Positions 62,094 through 64,000 of a DNA stretch of 64,000 nt are shown here, one piece after another. The DNA comes from an uncultured Balneola sp. Lineage in GTDB: Bacteria > Bacteroidota > Rhodothermia > Balneolales > Balneolaceae. The notes under the pieces were generated by a model. The model did no database searches. It was not told where the DNA came from and saw nothing but the letters and a program-made list of their open reading frames with translations. How positions within the stretch are numbered: the first letter of the stretch is position 1; every line of letters begins with the position of its first letter. The stretch is taken from contig CAXBHO010000002.1 in NCBI GenBank assembly GCA_963975485.1, positions 14,257 to 78,256 of the forward strand. The letters run 5' to 3'. The translations under genes were made by a program, and so were the position numbers.

Positions 62094-62355
62094 TTTTATA
62101 AATTTGTTTGTAGTTAGTGATGTTCTTTAAAGAACTATATGGAATGACCTGGGATAATCTACCGGTTAACTACTGTTCTTGGAAGTGATGTTGAGGGCAT
62201 TTTTGAGCCGGAAAAAATAGGGTGGTAGGGCAACATAGAAACTTCTGAGATCTCCCGCTGGTATTTGCTGCTATAATATTTATGATATCCGGATTCATTT
62301 GTTAAAACTAAACTTATTTTTAATCAGTGATTGTAAAACTTTAGCAATTCGATAA

Positions 62356-63450
62356 TCATTCCATCCCCATAAATTTCTTTACTTTTTTTCTGTGCCGGAA
62401 AACTCTCCATATTACATAAATCAATGTTACCGGAATAACAATATAAACCATTCCGGTTTCCATTGGTTTTACAAATGACGATCCGACCGCATCCAACACC
62501 AGATAAGTAAGGTAAGAGCCATAGTAAAATAGAAATATAGACCCATCGGTTTTGGTGATATCAAATCCTGCTACAAAGATAGGAATGCATACCACACTTA
62601 CTGCTACCATAAATGGAAGATCGAAAGCAATGGCTGCTGCAGATACATCTAAAATATTTGGAGCTATCACAACAGTAAGCCCCAAAGTGAGCAAAATATT
62701 GTACAAATTGCTACCCAAAACATTAGCCACGGCCATATCAGTATTTCCTTTTCTAATAGTAGCAATACTGGTTGCTACTTCGGGTAAGGAAGTTCCGATA
62801 GAGACAATTGTTAAACCAATTACAAGTTGAGAAAGCCCTAAAATAGTTGCTATTTCAACCGCACTTTGCACCATCCAATCTGAACCCTGTACAATTAAAC
62901 CCATTCCTACAATTAGATATCCAATATTTTTGGCATAAAAGAACCATCCTGAAGCAAGCTTTCTTTCAGCCGCCTCAAAATCAGTTTCTTCCGGTTGATT
63001 TGATCTCTCTTTTTTAATCTGAAAAAAAGTGAATACCGAATAAGCTACAAGACCCAGCAAAAGCCACACACCATCTAATGTGGTAAGCTCTCCATCAAAC
63101 GCAATTATATAAAGCAAAATACTTGCCGCAATTACAATAGGAACATCAATTTGGACCACTCGCAACTTCACAACCAATGGTTTAATCATGGCACTAATAC
63201 CCAAGATTAAAAGTATATTGGCGATGTTGCTGCCAATAATATTACCCAGAACAAGATCCGCATTGCCTGAAATTGCCGCTTGTAAACTTATAGCTAATTC
63301 AGGTGCACCTGTTGCAAATGCTACAACTGTTAGCCCCATTATTAAAGGCGAAACTCTCCATTTCACCCCAAAGTGATCCACTCCTTTTAAAAATAATTCC
63401 GCTCCGCCAACAAGTGCCGCCAATCCGGCGATGAATATAATTGCTATCAT
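62356..63450 (-). CDS. Calcium/sodium antiporter (CaCA family, YrbG-like)
   Basis: 364 aa with two alpha-repeats (GAPELAISL..GNIIGSNIANILLILG and SLPEVATSI..ANVLGSNLYNILLTLG). Confidence 0.9.
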   Translation of the reverse strand: MIAIIFIAGLAALVGGAELFLKGVDHFGVKWRVSPLIMGLTVVAFATGAPELAISLQAAISGNADLVLGNIIGSNIANILLILGISAMIKPLVVKLRVVQIDVPIVIAASILLYIIAFDGELTTLDGVWLLLGLVAYSVFTFFQIKKERSNQPEETDFEAAERKLASGWFFYAKNIGYLIVGMGLIVQGSDWMVQSAVEIATILGLSQLVIGLTIVSIGTSLPEVATSIATIRKGNTDMAVANVLGSNLYNILLTLGLTVVIAPNILDVSAAAIAFDLPFMVAVSVVCIPIFVAGFDITKTDGSIFLFYYGSYLTYLVLDAVGSSFVKPMETGMVYIVIPVTLIYVIWRVFRHRKKVKKFMGME

Positions 63451-63523
63451 AAGTTATTTAATGAGCTCTAAAGGTACGATGTCTTTAAGCTAAAAAAAGA
63501 TTTTCTGAGTAAAGTCGATAAGT

Positions 63524-64000
63524 TTATTTCTTCTTTCTAGTTTTAAACACCAACTCAACTATTTCGGTTTCGTATCCTTCGCTCTCTCTTTCAATAAATA
63601 CGAATTCGTTGTTTTCAACAAAGACAGGTAGGCTTTTTAGTATTAACGTCTCTTTGATCTTTAAGTCTTTTAGATCAAATATTAATCCATAATAAGAAGT
63701 CCCTTCGCCCACGTTTTGGCTAAAAAAAAGTATGCCTGTGGTTTGGTTCAAATGATATAAACTCTGAATCACAGAATTATTCTTAAAGACTCTACCTACT
63801 TCTTTTAAAAACTTTGGGTCTTTGATGTCATTAGAAATATCTGCCGTTATCGGTTTGAATAAATCAGAATTAAATTCATGGCTATTCAACTCTTTCGTTT
63901 CTCTATTAAATGAATAAATAATTGGTTCAAGTACTTTTGCGAAATAAACGGTGTTATCAGCTTCAAAAATCCCACCACCTTGAATTCGATATTCAGCATT
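63524..64000 (-). CDS. C-terminal part of a 6-bladed beta-propeller-family protein (5' end beyond window)
   Basis: The frame stays open to base 64000 (NAEYRIQGGGIFEADNTVYF...). The ORF-track TTG at 63889 is internal. Confidence 0.5.
   Translation of the reverse strand, partial: NAEYRIQGGGIFEADNTVYFAKVLEPIIYSFNRETKELNSHEFNSDLFKPITADISNDIKDPKFLKEVGRVFKNNSVIQSLYHLNQTTGILFFSQNVGEGTSYYGLIFDLKDLKIKETLILKSLPVFVENNEFVFIERESEGYETEIVELVFKTRKKK

Overview
The window looks like a chromosomal segment from an FCB-group bacterium (Bacteroidota/Balneolota/Rhodothermota-like). This placement is inferred from a T9SS C-terminal sorting domain, the gene order and a moderately AT-rich sequence. No database search was possible. 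The left quarter holds the conserved block tRNA-Thr/Tyr/Gly/Thr, tuf, tRNA-Trp, secE, nusG, rplKAJL, rpoBC. Housekeeping and membrane genes follow: an MscS channel, a membrane PP2C/SpoIIE phosphatase, hflKC, a CPBP protease, an SRAP-like protein, a VOC protein, DUF885, sucC and pyrR-pyrB. Next is a visibly more AT-rich exopolysaccharide/O-antigen-type locus of about 13 kb (methyltransferase, GT2, two GT4, flippase, Wzz-like, Wzy-like, Wza-like). This locus is scarred by two decayed IS elements (IS982-like, IS5-like), a leftover second wzy 3' end, and an IS-flanked FG-GAP/T9SS gene. The right third carries an EamA transporter, yidC-rnpA-rpmH, a Kv-type K+ channel, a cold-shock gene, a CBS protein, an ABC-F ATPase, NhaC, a large BNR/Asp-box protein, a YgjP/M48 hydrolase and an AlkA-like protein. 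It ends with an AT-rich surface-protein cluster, nhaA and a CaCA antiporter. I found no CRISPR array, no recognisable defence or toxin system, no prophage and no reverse transcriptase. The most unusual content is non-coding. There is a near-perfect 423-bp tandem duplication in a 1.25-kb gene-free gap, a MITE-like element with a 50-bp perfect palindrome, and several short dispersed repeat families, mostly in convergent intergenic regions. Protein-level oddities are an SRAP homologue without its catalytic Cys2 and a disrupted lipoprotein gene of unknown family. All family assignments rest on motifs read by eye and need HMM/BLAST confirmation.
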